Shown here piece by piece: positions 27,017-38,300 of a stretch of 51,072 nucleotides of DNA (position 1 is its first letter; each line of letters starts with the position of its first letter). Below the pieces are notes generated by a model. It was not told the origin of the DNA. It did not search any database and worked only from the letters and a program-made list of their open reading frames with translations. The DNA is from an uncultured Candidatus Saccharibacteria bacterium. Its GTDB lineage: Bacteria > Patescibacteriota > Minisyncoccia > Phycocordibacterales > UBA2100. Both the position numbers and the translations under genes were made by a program. The stretch is from assembly GCA_964393065.1 (NCBI GenBank), contig CAYMRY010000001.1, positions 1 through 51,072 on the forward strand, in the 5' to 3' direction.

Positions 27017-27163
27017 CTATACCACCTTTTTCGAGTTTTCAGGATGCTTTTCGGGGTCGAGTTCCCACACAAAATTCTGGGAAACCCTCGGTTTTCCCAG
27101 CCTTCCTCCACGGGAAAACAAGGTGTTTTCCCGACCCCTTTCCCGTTTTGGTCTGGCATGCAT
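27017..27163 (-). CDS. short ORF, truncated paralog of the 27175..27456 product
   Basis: About 48 codons, not in the ORF track (below cutoff). The C-terminus NFVWELDPEKHPEN matches RFWWELDPEKHPEN of the neighbouring 93-aa protein. May be a gene remnant. Confidence 0.3.
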   Translation of the reverse strand: MHARPKRERGRENTLFSRGGRLGKPRVSQNFVWELDPEKHPENSKKVV

Positions 27164-27174
27164 TGCTTTCGCTG

Positions 27175-27456
27175 TTAGGATTGCTTTATATTTTCAGGAT
27201 GTTTTTCCGGATCTAATTCCCACCAAAACCTCTTACTAAAATTTGCGGAATCGTCGCAGACACGCTTGAGATAGTACAAATCTTTGGTAGGTATTTGTTC
27301 CAAAATCTTACCCATGCGCGGCATGGTTATTTTCGGCAAACCGTCGCGCACACGACTCGGATTTAAACGATCGACAAAGTAGCGCAAAAGCTCGCCACGC
27401 TCGGTCTCGCGCATCTTGGCGCGCATCAGCTTTATGTTCGACTTAATATGTTCCAT
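27175..27456 (-). CDS. hypothetical protein
   Basis: 93-aa ORF with no family recognised. Its C-terminal 14 aa are repeated in the adjacent short ORF. Confidence 0.45.
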   Translation of the reverse strand: MEHIKSNIKLMRAKMRETERGELLRYFVDRLNPSRVRDGLPKITMPRMGKILEQIPTKDLYYLKRVCDDSANFSKRFWWELDPEKHPENIKQS

Positions 27457-27557
27457 AGCATCATTCTACCGCATCGCCTGAAGTCACTATGATGCGCAAC
27501 AGCACGTACTGGACAGGATGCCAATTCATGTGTTATAAGAGTAGCAGAACCCAATAA

Positions 27558-27763
27558 GACTGACGTCTGTAGCAGCACGTCAGTCTAAGGGGCAACCGCA
27601 GAAGGCCGAGTATGGGGTATTTACTCTGGAAACAGAGTACAGAAAGGCCAACTGCGGCAGAGTGGGTAAGACTCGTTAAGCTGCTTATAGCGAGAATGCG
27701 AGAAGCGCTCGGCGGCCTCCCCCCGCAAATTTGCTTCAGCAACCTGCTTGCCCCGAGGCCGCC
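27558..27763 (+). other. GC-rich, highly structured intergenic segment upstream of def (unclassified)
   Basis: Hand-checked helices: gactgacgt/acgtcagtc (27558-27585); ccgcag-aa-ggcc ... ggcc-aa-ctgcgg (27596-27657) enclosing tactctg-GAAA-cagagta (27622-27639); ggcggcctc/gaggccgcc (27711-27763). Confidence 0.3.
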
Positions 27764-27834
27764 TTGTTCCACCGGGAACTTGGCGGCCTTTCCTTTTGCT
27801 TTTCTTTTTTACATTCACCATCTATCATTTGACC

Positions 27835-28389
27835 ATGCGCTCAATAATACAAATAGGCGATCCGGTCTTGCGGGCGCAGGCGTCAGATATTCCTATTTCC
27901 GATATCCAAAGCCCTCGCATCCAGGAAATCATTGCGGATATGAAAGCGCTCCTTGCCAACGAGCGACTTGGAGTCGCGATTGCCGCTCCGCAAGTCGGAG
28001 AGCCTCTCAGAATGTTTATTGTTTCCGGTTCGTCGAAAATTAAGTCTAAAAACGAGGCACGTAAAAAGGTCAAGAATGAGGACGATGATTCACACCTCAG
28101 CGGTATGCCAATAGATGATGAGGTGTACATCAATCCGGTTCTCGTCCGCGTTTCACGCGGACGCAAAGAACTTCACGAAGGCTGTCTATCTGTACGTGGC
28201 AAATGGGGCGAAGTTCCCCGCGCAGAAAAGGCAACCGTACGCGCGTACAATGAGCGCGGTGAAAAGTTCGAGCGCGGCGCATCAGGTTTCCTCGCACATA
28301 TCTTCCAGCATGAACTCGACCATCTTGATGGCATCCTCTACGTCGACAAAGCGGTCGACTTGTACGATGATGAGCGAGATGACAACTAA
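27835..28389 (+). CDS. def: peptide deformylase
   Basis: Begins MRSIIQIGDPVLRA, with GVAIAAPQVG, EGCLS and HELDH motifs. Start set at 27835. Confidence 0.9.
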   Translation: MRSIIQIGDPVLRAQASDIPISDIQSPRIQEIIADMKALLANERLGVAIAAPQVGEPLRMFIVSGSSKIKSKNEARKKVKNEDDDSHLSGMPIDDEVYINPVLVRVSRGRKELHEGCLSVRGKWGEVPRAEKATVRAYNERGEKFERGASGFLAHIFQHELDHLDGILYVDKAVDLYDDERDDN

Positions 28390-29236
28390 TTTTGCATATT
28401 TTGGTACCCCGCAACTCGCCGCCGATATTTTGGAATCATTAAAAGCTGCGGGTTACAAACCGAGCGTGATTGTCACGGTGCCTGACAAAATGCAGGGACG
28501 CGGTATGGACATGCGCGAAACGCCTGTTGCTAGATGGGCACGAAGCGAGAACATTACAGTATTAAAGCCGGAAAAATTGGATACAGATTTTATTGCTCAG
28601 CTATCGGAGCATGAATGCGCGTTTGCAATAGTGGTAGCGTACGGAAAAATACTGCCCCAAGCTATGCTCGATGTCATGCCAATGTACAATATTCATTATT
28701 CTCTCCTTCCGCGCTGGCGAGGTGCAACTCCCGTTGAGAGCCCCATACTTGCGGGCGATACAGAGACAGGGGTGACACTTCAGAAAATAGTGTACGAACT
28801 CGATGCGGGGCCAATAGTCGCGATGGTAAAGACTCCCATTGGCCCGGATGAAACAGGTAGTGCGCTACGAGCTCGACTCAATGATGTAGCAAAAAAGATG
28901 CTGGTGCGGGAGTTTCCCAGCTTTTCGAGCGGCTCACCCACTCTTGTCGAACAAGCTATCTCCGCCGTGACGCATTGTGGAAAAATCGCAAAAGAAGACG
29001 GACTACTAGATCTTGCCGAAGAGGGAGAGCGCAATTACCGCAAGTATCGCGCCTATTTTGGTTGGCCGGGAACCTATGCCTATTTTGAGCGCAGTGGAAA
29101 GCGCATTCGCACTATTATAGTGAAGGCACATCTTGAAAAGAAAAAATTTGTTATAGATACTGTCAAACCGGAGGGCAAAGGAGAAATGCCCTACGCCGAT
29201 TTCCTGAGATCAGGTGCGAAGCCAGTATCCCCTTAA
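28379..29236 (+). CDS. fmt: methionyl-tRNA formyltransferase
   Basis: Begins MTTNFAYFGTPQLAADIL, with NIHYSLLPRWRGATPV (formyltransferase core). Overlaps the def stop by 11 nt. Confidence 0.88.
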   Translation: MTTNFAYFGTPQLAADILESLKAAGYKPSVIVTVPDKMQGRGMDMRETPVARWARSENITVLKPEKLDTDFIAQLSEHECAFAIVVAYGKILPQAMLDVMPMYNIHYSLLPRWRGATPVESPILAGDTETGVTLQKIVYELDAGPIVAMVKTPIGPDETGSALRARLNDVAKKMLVREFPSFSSGSPTLVEQAISAVTHCGKIAKEDGLLDLAEEGERNYRKYRAYFGWPGTYAYFERSGKRIRTIIVKAHLEKKKFVIDTVKPEGKGEMPYADFLRSGAKPVSP

Positions 29237-29267
29237 CTTCATTGACGGTTCATAAAACACATATACA

Positions 29268-29543
29268 GTGCTCGTAGAAATCACTCGCGTCACAAATGGA
29301 GCGGTCATGCGTATGAGTGCCATAGATCCGAAACTCGTCTCACAAACCAAAAAAACAGTCAGGTTAGTAGCTCCCGAGCTACAGTTTGAGCGCTATCGCA
29401 TACTTTCGGCCCGAAAGACCAAATCATATTGGGCTGTCGTAATTCGGCGCAAATGCACGAAAGGGCTATGGCTTTTAACGTACTGGAACGGCACGTGGCT
29501 CGGACTGGATCCTGTTCGAGAGGATCTAAAACTTCGGGAATAA
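29268..29543 (+). CDS. hypothetical protein
   Basis: 91-aa ORF followed by a hairpin terminator. No family recognised. Confidence 0.35.
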   Translation: MLVEITRVTNGAVMRMSAIDPKLVSQTKKTVRLVAPELQFERYRILSARKTKSYWAVVIRRKCTKGLWLLTYWNGTWLGLDPVREDLKLRE

Positions 29544-29562
29544 TCCCGCACTAACGCCTAAA

Positions 29563-29588
29563 AGCGCCGCAAAAAACACTGCGGCGCT
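29563..29588. terminator. hairpin between convergent genes
   Basis: Stem agcgccgca / tgcggcgct with an 8-nt loop, followed by tctacttttg on the plus strand. Confidence 0.5.
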
Positions 29589-29599
29589 TCTACTTTTGC

Positions 29600-29953
29600 C
29601 TATCCCAATCGAAGCCACTCCTTTATTCGTGCCCCAATTTTTCGCGAAACAGCCGTGTGCTTTCCCTTACTTTTACGTAATTGCTGAAGCATTTCGTCTT
29701 TGGCAATATCGATCGCGGCATTCACTGACTCCTCTTGCGCCTGAGCACGGAATCGCTCACCAAAAGCGGTCAATGTGATTTCTGCCATCCAGATACTTCC
29801 CTGTTGCGAGTGGCCAACCGCGCGACCAATTTCCACATCGCACAGTGCCGCCTCATCCAAGACTAATTTTTCAATCGCTGAAATCTTGTCATCTAAATAC
29901 GCCTGTATTTCCGGCGTCATCTCGTAATCAGTTGTCTTTATGCGTAGTTCCAT
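29600..29953 (-). CDS. hpf: ribosome hibernation promoting factor / RaiA family (short form)
   Basis: Begins MELRIKTTDYEMTPEIQAYLDDKISAIEKL, the typical sigma-54 modulation / S30AE fold pattern. Start set at 29953. Confidence 0.8.
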   Translation of the reverse strand: MELRIKTTDYEMTPEIQAYLDDKISAIEKLVLDEAALCDVEIGRAVGHSQQGSIWMAEITLTAFGERFRAQAQEESVNAAIDIAKDEMLQQLRKSKGKHTAVSRKIGARIKEWLRLG

Positions 29954-29957
29954 GCCC

Positions 29958-30179
29958 CTATTGTACCACTTCAAATGTTTTAGTTTTGGTGCGATGTCCG
30001 GTGAGAAAACGTACGGAAGTAAGAGGCACATTGAAATGCCGTGCGACCAGCGTTTGCACGCGATGGTTCGCCTCATTTTGAAGAGCGCGCTCCTTTACGG
30101 AAGCGCTATACTCGTTTTCTCCTATTTTCTCGAATTTCTCCTTTCGCGCATGCGGCGCGACCCGTACCCTAATGCGCAT
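29958..30179 (-). CDS. DUF167 (YggU/UPF0235) family protein
   Basis: 73 aa. IRVRVAPHARKEKF ... NEANHRVQTLVARHFNVPLTSVRFLTGHRTKTKTFEV matches the DUF167 pattern. Confidence 0.7.
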   Translation of the reverse strand: MRIRVRVAPHARKEKFEKIGENEYSASVKERALQNEANHRVQTLVARHFNVPLTSVRFLTGHRTKTKTFEVVQ

Positions 30180-30458
30180 ACTGTGATTGCAGTATACGCG
30201 CTTCTTCTCCTGAATTAGTCATTTCACCACATTGTAGCATGTACACATGAATTCTTGATTAAATAAACGACAAGATAGTAGCTTGACATTGTAGATATTA
30301 TAACGTCATTTACTTTTCATAACGCTGAATTATCTATATTTTATGCCCTCGATTGACGGTGCGTGAAAAAACAATGCACGATCAACATATTGAGATCATG
30401 TATCACGTTCTTACTGGTATACTTACTTTAGGGAAACATCTTGCCAATTAATTGACTG

Positions 30459-32300
30459 ATGTTCATGCATAAAAAAGTAATCTCGACATCCTTATTAACT
30501 ATCGTGTTTGCATCATCACTTTTGCTTTACCCGACACAACCCGAAGCGGCTCCGAGAAGCACTCTCAACATTGCGCACTCAACTTCATGTTGGAACGGCT
30601 CTCCGCGGGTGAGTTTGACCTGGAACAACGTCAATAACGCCCATTCGTATATTATCCACAGAAATCCGACTCTTGCAGGAAAGAGTGGCTGGGCTTCAAT
30701 TGCAACCGTTTCAGGTCTCACCTATACAAGTGCGGATAATTTAAAATCCGGCTCAGAATATCAGTATCAGGTGGAGGCTAGCTCTACATCCGGATCTCGC
30801 TTCTCGAGCATTGTTTCGATTAAAATGCCACAGTGCGAGTCACTGCTCCCAGCAAGCCATCCAACATTACAAGGTAAGGCGCAGTGCATCGATGACGCCC
30901 CGAGTGTCCAATTGTCATGGACAAATCCTAATAACGCGACTTCGTTTATTCTTCATCGCGCCCCTAACATATACGGTACAAACTCTTGGGCAACGCGCGC
31001 AACTACGGCCACCGAAACTTCCTTCCTCGATCTTAAAGTTGCCCCGGGAACATACCAATATCAAGTACAGACGAGTGGCTCATCATCTCTGTATTCAAAT
31101 ATCGCCTCCGTTACGGTAGCGTCCTGCGCCGTACCCCCTGCACCGGCGACAACAACACGACCGTTGCTCTCAGTCTCGATGCAATGCGTTGACGCGATAC
31201 CACAGATTACACTCAGTTGGACGAACCCTAATTCGGCGACCTCATTCACGATGCACCGCAACCCAACGCGAGGGAATACAAACACATGGGGTTCGCTTGC
31301 AACAGAGATTACTTCTATATCCTATGTGGATACAAAGATCGCGACCGGTACGTATCAATACCAGGTACAAACACACGGCGGTCTTTCATCGGTTTCTCAG
31401 TATTCAAACATTGCATCTATAACGGTCACAAATTGCGCAACAAGCTCACCTGGAACATCCCAGTCTACCACGACGCCAAAGACGTACGCTTGGGGAGTCT
31501 ATTCTGGCTGGAGTAATGCCGACATGCAAGAATTCGAGACTCGCGTTGGAGAGAATCCAAATCATATGGCGGCTTTCGTTCACTGGGCGAACAATCAATT
31601 CCCCACCTACATGGAACCGTTTACCAAGGCAAAGGGACGTACTCTCATCATTTTTTGGGAACCGTCTGACTATCTCATTGGAGGTACGGTACAAGAAAAC
31701 TTTACTGCAGACGCGATACTTGCGGGTCGATGGGACGCCTATATCCGTAAGTTTGCAACTGATTCTGCAACGTATGGCTCGCCGATAATTCTCATCCCTT
31801 TTTCAGAGATGAACGGCAACTGGAACCCATGGTCAGGAACAACGAACGGTAATACACCTGAAAAAGTGGTTGCTGCCTATCGCCATGTACGAACAGTCTT
31901 CGGTAACGTACCAAATGTTAAATTCGGTTGGGCGCCGAATGCTCAGTCTGTCCCGAATACCGATGCAAATGCGATTGAGCGTTATTATCCTGGTGATTCA
32001 TATGTCGACATTGTCGGCGTCGACGGGTTCAATTTTGGTGACCCATGGCTTTCTTTCGATCAGGTCTTCAATAAAGCTCTTACGACGATTTCAGCATACA
32101 ACAAGCCAATGTACATCTTCTCGTTTGCAAGTGACGCGGGATACCTCAAGGCTTCATGGATTACCGATGCACTCACAGTGCAGCTCGATAAGTGGCCACT
32201 TATTGCGGGCTGGGTATGGTTTAACCAGAATAAGGAGAATAACTGGCTCATCTGGTCAGATGCGGCATCCCTCTCGGCATTCAAAAATGCGATTCCGTAG
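30459..32300 (+). CDS. secreted glycoside hydrolase family 26-like enzyme with three N-terminal repeat domains
   Basis: Has a signal peptide. Three repeats of about 95-100 aa each are bounded by Cys and contain SWTNPNxATSF and YQYQVQ. The C-terminal domain has FSEMNGNWNPW and GVDGFN, resembling GH26 mannanase-type catalytic motifs. Confidence 0.65.
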   Translation: MFMHKKVISTSLLTIVFASSLLLYPTQPEAAPRSTLNIAHSTSCWNGSPRVSLTWNNVNNAHSYIIHRNPTLAGKSGWASIATVSGLTYTSADNLKSGSEYQYQVEASSTSGSRFSSIVSIKMPQCESLLPASHPTLQGKAQCIDDAPSVQLSWTNPNNATSFILHRAPNIYGTNSWATRATTATETSFLDLKVAPGTYQYQVQTSGSSSLYSNIASVTVASCAVPPAPATTTRPLLSVSMQCVDAIPQITLSWTNPNSATSFTMHRNPTRGNTNTWGSLATEITSISYVDTKIATGTYQYQVQTHGGLSSVSQYSNIASITVTNCATSSPGTSQSTTTPKTYAWGVYSGWSNADMQEFETRVGENPNHMAAFVHWANNQFPTYMEPFTKAKGRTLIIFWEPSDYLIGGTVQENFTADAILAGRWDAYIRKFATDSATYGSPIILIPFSEMNGNWNPWSGTTNGNTPEKVVAAYRHVRTVFGNVPNVKFGWAPNAQSVPNTDANAIERYYPGDSYVDIVGVDGFNFGDPWLSFDQVFNKALTTISAYNKPMYIFSFASDAGYLKASWITDALTVQLDKWPLIAGWVWFNQNKENNWLIWSDAASLSAFKNAIP

Positions 32301-32301
32301 T

Positions 32302-35300
32302 CTACGGATTCATTCGAGCAATCGCGTCTTCAAACGATATGACTTCGATTCCTGACGTTGCGATTGCATTCACTGTTTCTTGGAAGAATATCGGTGAGAC
32401 CCCAAGCGATTTACTGAGATCGTCGTCGACTTGGTGGAACATAAGTACGAGCCATGCGTTATCCGCAATCGCCTCATTGATCCATTCCTGTAGCTCTACG
32501 AGTGTTGTAGAACGATTCATACTCTGAATCTTTAGAGCAAATTTATCAGTCGCTTTTGTGTTAAATCCACGCTCGACGCCACGTGCGCCGATAAAACCGG
32601 CGTCCCGTACCATCTGTTGTACAGCAGGATTATATGCGCCGAATGGATACGCGATCGAAGCGACAGACGTAATACCTGCGCCTAGCAATTCAGCACGCGA
32701 ACCTGCAATCTCCTGCTGTGCCTGTTCAGTACTGATCGTGGTTAGGTTTGCGTGAGTCTGCGTGTGCGCCGCAATCTCATGACCTTGCGTTTGCATCTCG
32801 AGCATCTGTGATGTGTTCAAGAATTCGGGAACACGTTTTACTGACATGTTGTCGATCGTGAGAGTGCCGACCGATGCGAGGATGTGATATAGCGTGACAA
32901 GGCGCGCGTTTGTTGGAAGTTCCACATCACGCGAGTAGCGCTGCCACACGCCATTCGTTGAAGGGAGCGCGTCTAGATAGACATGCTGCACTGTATCGTC
33001 GGTAAGTGTAATTTCAAGAACAATTTCAGTAATGGTATCTGTCATATAACTATCTTCAAATCGGTACGTTTGTCCGGGAATCACGGCAACACCTTCGAAC
33101 CACCACTTTGCGTCGCCATCTGTATACGACGTCATTTCGACGCGTGCACCTTGACCGGTCTCACCTGCAATCGGGTACGCAAAGGTACGGTCGTTCGTTC
33201 CCCAACCACCAGGGTGCCATCGTTTAGGATACCCCTCATCATCGAAATCTATTTCTTCCAAAGACGGATTGTACACCAACTCCTCAGACACTGCGTTCAG
33301 CGTTTCCTGGGAGGTAATGAAGAATGTTCCCTTCATATTCGCTGCGTTTAGTATGGGAAGTGCGGTTGCGTACTGGGAAATCCATCCATCATCAAACGTA
33401 AGAGAAACCATACCGTTTGCAAACATATTCGGATTTCCTTCAATGAGTTCGTACGCGTCGACTTCAAGCCATCCCACTGAGTTGAGGATGTGTAGAATCG
33501 TGACTGATGCTGCGCCCTGAGGCGGTAAGAACGTCTGCTGAATGGAGGTCCAATCTGCAACCGGCCCAAAGTTACCAAGACTAATGTATTGATATGTGCC
33601 GTTTGTCATCGTATAGCGCGCTGTAATGTTTGTCGTGACGTTTGAACGATAGTCATGTGTAAACGTATATTCCTGACCAGGAACAACCGCGACATCATCA
33701 TGGCGCCACTTTGCGTCTCCATTTGTGTAGCTTGTCATTTCGATGCGCGCACCGTTGTCGCCATGGGTGCCGGCAACCGGATACGTGAAGACTCTTGTAT
33801 TGGTGCCCCAACCTGCAGTGGTCCACTGTGCAGGAGTATTCGCTCCCGCCTCGATCTCAAATGACGGGTTTGCAATAAGACTTACGAGAGGCGGTTCATC
33901 TACACCAGTATCGATCGTAATCGAAATTGGTGAAGATGTGCCGATGTTTCCCGCAACGTCACGCACCCATGTGTGTAAAATGTGAGAGCCTTGTGAGAGT
34001 CCTGAAAGCGGAAGCGTAATTGATCGTGCTTCATCTTCTGCAGGGCCTCCTGGTTGCGATGTGGAATCTTCAACATATGAGACGCCGTCAACCGTCACTC
34101 CGTATGCTGCGATTGCAACATACTCATCGACGTCGGAGACTACGGAAATCGTCGTACCAGTGGTAATGGTAGTTCCCTCGAGAGGTGCGGTGATTGCAAC
34201 AATTGGCGCTATCGTGTCTGGGATATGCGCACCTTCATAGAGTTTATACGTATCGGTCACCAGATATCCTGCTGCGTGAAGGATATGGAATACGGTGACG
34301 CTCGCAGCATCGCTCGGTACGGTAAACTGCGCGAGAGAATACGCGCCAGTTGAACCCGAGGCTGGAAGAGTTTTGAGGAACATATATAGAATGGTTCCAT
34401 CCACTCGCGTAACGCGCGCAAGTAGTTCTGTCGAGACATTACTTTGATAGTAGTTACTAAATGTGTAGGTAGCACCAGGGGTGACAGGAACGTCCTCGAA
34501 GTACCATTTTGCATCACCATTCGTATAGTTTGTGATTTCAACTTTTGCACCAATTGCAGCCTTTCCGGTACTAACGGAACTAAATGTACGATTATTCATA
34601 CCCCACCCTCCTTTTTTCCAGGCTGTTTGCCCAACTACGTCAATCTGCTCGAGATAAGGGTCTACAATAAGATTACCGACAGCGGGGACATAATTCGAGA
34701 CATCCACAGTAACAGTGCTTGTTGCCGTGTTCCCTGCTGCGTCACGCGCACGCAGCGAGAGAACGTGCGCTCCGTTTGTGACAACGGTAGTATCCCACGC
34801 AAATTCATATGGAGCAGAAGTGTCTTCTGCACCGTTTTCAACTGCATCCACTATAAACGTGACTCCGACGATACCGCTCGCATCGCTTGCAGTGCCGGAA
34901 ACGGTTGTAGTACCACTCACTGTTCCACCGATAGGTGAATCAAGTGTCACCATGGGAGGCGTCACATCTGCTTCGGTAAGCGAAAAATTGTCTACTTCGA
35001 GGGAACCTACGGAATGCAATATGTGAAATACAGTAAGTGACACGGCATTCACAGGTGCTGTCATTGTCGCAAGAGATTGGGTCCAGTTTCCGGCCGGTGC
35101 GCGTGTCCCGAGATATTGATATTGTATCGATCCATCAATCAGCGTGTACCGCACAAGGAGTTCCGTCGATACCGTACTTTTGTATTCATGTGAGAATACG
35201 TAGACTTCACCGGGTAAGACTGCCACATCCGCAAAATACCATTTTGCATCCCCATTCAATAAACTTGTTATCTCGATTTTTGCAGCATCAAATCCATGTG

Positions 35301-38300
35301 ATCCTTCAGTGGGATACGTGAAAACACGGTCATTATCACCCCATCCGCCACGGTACCAAGCCTGTGGATCTCCGTTGGGACCCGGTGCTTCGAGTGACGG
35401 ATTTGCAATACGATTGTCACCTGTTGGTGATGTATTATCAACAGTTACTGTAATAGTGTGCGTCGAGTTGTTACCATACGGGTCATGGGTAGTTGCCTTA
35501 ATTAGATGTTCACCATCGACAATTGTAGTCGTATCCCACTCAAAATTATATGGTGCAGAGGTAATCTGTCCCGTCAATGGAATGCCATCGATTGCGTAAA
35601 AAATGTACGTAACTGCCGTATCGTCAGTTGAGGAAGCTGAAAGAGTCACGGTACCATGAATGGTTTGATGTGCGACGGGATTCGTTATCTCCACAATTGG
35701 CGCGTTCGTTTCAGAAGGAAAACCTGCTCCCATTTCGGTCAAACTCACATCATCAATTTCTAGGAATCCCTCGGAACTGATAAGGTGAAAGAGCGTCACA
35801 TGTGTAGCTCCCTCGGGTGGCGTAAACGTGCCAGTCGTACTTGCCCACGCGAGCGTTGGTTGTATCTCCTTTTGAAGCCCAAAATAATGGAATTCCCCGG
35901 TACTTAATGTGTATTGACCAATGATGTCTGAGATTGTATCTGAGCGATAATAATCGCGATAAAAGTACTCGATTCCTGGCGTGATCGGAATTTTCGTAAA
36001 AAACCACTTTGAGTCACCGTTGCCTACAGGTGCATCGGGATAATTGATTATTTCTACGCGAGCTGCGCGACCACCATCGTATCCAAGTATAGGATATGTG
36101 TAAACACGAGTGTGATCACCCCAGCCTCCATGACCCCAGTTAAATGGAGTAGGGCCATTTTCAAGCTCAAAGTTTCCATTAATAACTAGATTCTGAGCAG
36201 CGTTTGCGAATGTCACGTGAATGGGAGTTGCATACGATATATTGCCAGAATTATCGCGTGCACGAGCAGAGATTACATGCAGCCCATTGGATAAATACGT
36301 AGTATCAAGACTAAAGAAATAAGGCTCACCGACAACTTCGGCCGCATACTCGTAACCGTCGACAAGAAGCTGCACATCGGCAACGCCACCTGCGTCAGCT
36401 GCCGCAACCGTAACCATGATGGTGCCATCTAGAATCGCTGAATCGATCGGGGAGGAAATGTAAATTGAAGGAGCAGTTGTGTCGTTCGTATTCTCAACGT
36501 GTGTAAGAGAGAAGGTATCAGTTGTCAGTATTCCAACATCGCTTAGCTCGTGCCAAATAGTCATGGTCTCGATATTGGCCGGCACCGTCACCAAATAATT
36601 TACCTGTGTCGGGACTGTTGTTGCTGGCGAATCACCAAGGAATAGGTACTGATATGTCCCGTCGCTTTTTCCGAATTGAACTGAGTGCGCAGTTGGTACC
36701 GATGCCGTATAGAAGTTCGAGTATAAGTACTGTTCTCCGGGTGATACCGAGATTGGACTAAAGTACCACTTAGCATTGCCGTCAGAGTGAAAATCCATAC
36801 TTACTGCAGCAGCACGAGCCCCGTCAAAACCCGGAACGGGATACGTAAATGTTGGATTATTGAAACCGTAATTGCCGCGAATCCAGTAGAGCGGGTTTAT
36901 TCCGGCACCATCCTCCGGCACTTCGACAGACGGATTGGGAATCAGATTTCCTGCGCCAGTGCTATTATCAAGGTACAAATTTACACTTGTTGTATGTGAG
37001 AGATTATTAGAGTCTGTCACTGTGAGCTCGACTTCGGTGTACACATCAGTCGCATTGTGATCCGGCGCGATAAACCAGGGATTTTTAACTCCGATAAACT
37101 CCTGTTCAATATGAATGTGTGTGTTGTGATGCAAGATAATTCGCCAATGGAAGTTTGATGCGGGTATAGAGCCATCCTCTAAATCTAAACCCTCTCCTGA
37201 GAGATCTACGATATCATTTGGCTTGTATAAAGAACCAGATGAAGGCGAAGTAATATGTGCCGTTGGTGCCTGATTACCCACCGTAATAACCACGCTTTGT
37301 GATGCCGATGAACCATGAATGTCCGCCACGGTAAGTGATGCCGTGTACGTCCCATCGAGCGAATACGTGTGGACGGGATCTTCTTCTGAGGAAGCCGCAC
37401 CGTCACCAAAGTTCCAATCATATGTTAAAACATCGCCATCCGGATCGTACGTTCCATCACTTGATAAAACAACAGAAAGCGGTGTGAGTCCAGCAGTTGG
37501 CGTGGCGAAAATGGACACCACAGGACGTCGATTACCGGTGGTATGCGTAATTCGATTAAGCTCACCGGTGTAGATAGACAGATAATAGATCGACCCATCA
37601 GGGCCAGCCGATATATCCACAGGACCATCGGGGTCGTCCATAAAGTCATGAATTGATACGAATTCGTCATTTTCATTAAGCACCAAACGCTTTATCCAAT
37701 TCTGTGCGTAATCACCTACAAAAAGAGTAGTATCGTACGCGGCTGGATACGCATTACTGTGTGCAAAATCGCCCACTGTAATAGACCCCGCCCCGAATTC
37801 GTTGTGAGGATACTCGTAAATGGGATTCGTTGTGGAGGCACTGCAATTGTGAATTGTAAGTACAGTCCCCTCCCAACATGGCCACCCATAGTTTGCACCT
37901 GAAATTATTTTATTAACCTCTTCACGAGAGCTCCATCCAACATCTCCCACATATAACGCCCCTGAATTCGGACTAAAATTAAATCGGAACGCATTGCGAA
38001 CTCCGGAGGCATATACTTTGGAGCGGTTTGCCATTACATTTCCATTGAAATGAGGATTATCCGCTGGTGCGCTTCCATCGGTATTTATACGAAGTACTTT
38101 ACCAGCAAGAGAATCAATATTTTGTGCTCGGAGTGACAAAGGATCTGCGTAATCAAAATTGGCGCCATCACCAAGTGTTGCATACAATTTACCGTCGGGA
38201 CCAAAACGTAACCCCCCAACACTATGACTACCCGAATCTGATGGAATACAGTCCGCAGTTACTGGGAAATTTTCACATGAAGGAGCATCAATACCTCCAC

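Noticed and set aside
27533-27800. RNase P RNA, SRP (4.5S) RNA, tmRNA or a glycine riboswitch in the def upstream region. It contains aaggggcaa and ctctgga strings and a GAAA tetraloop.
   Set aside because: The hallmark motifs are absent: no GGAAAGUCCGGGC or ACAGAANNCGGCUUA for RNase P, no GGAAGCAGC-type SRP domain IV, and no tRNA-like ends for tmRNA. The glycine-riboswitch-like strings are in the wrong order and genomic context.
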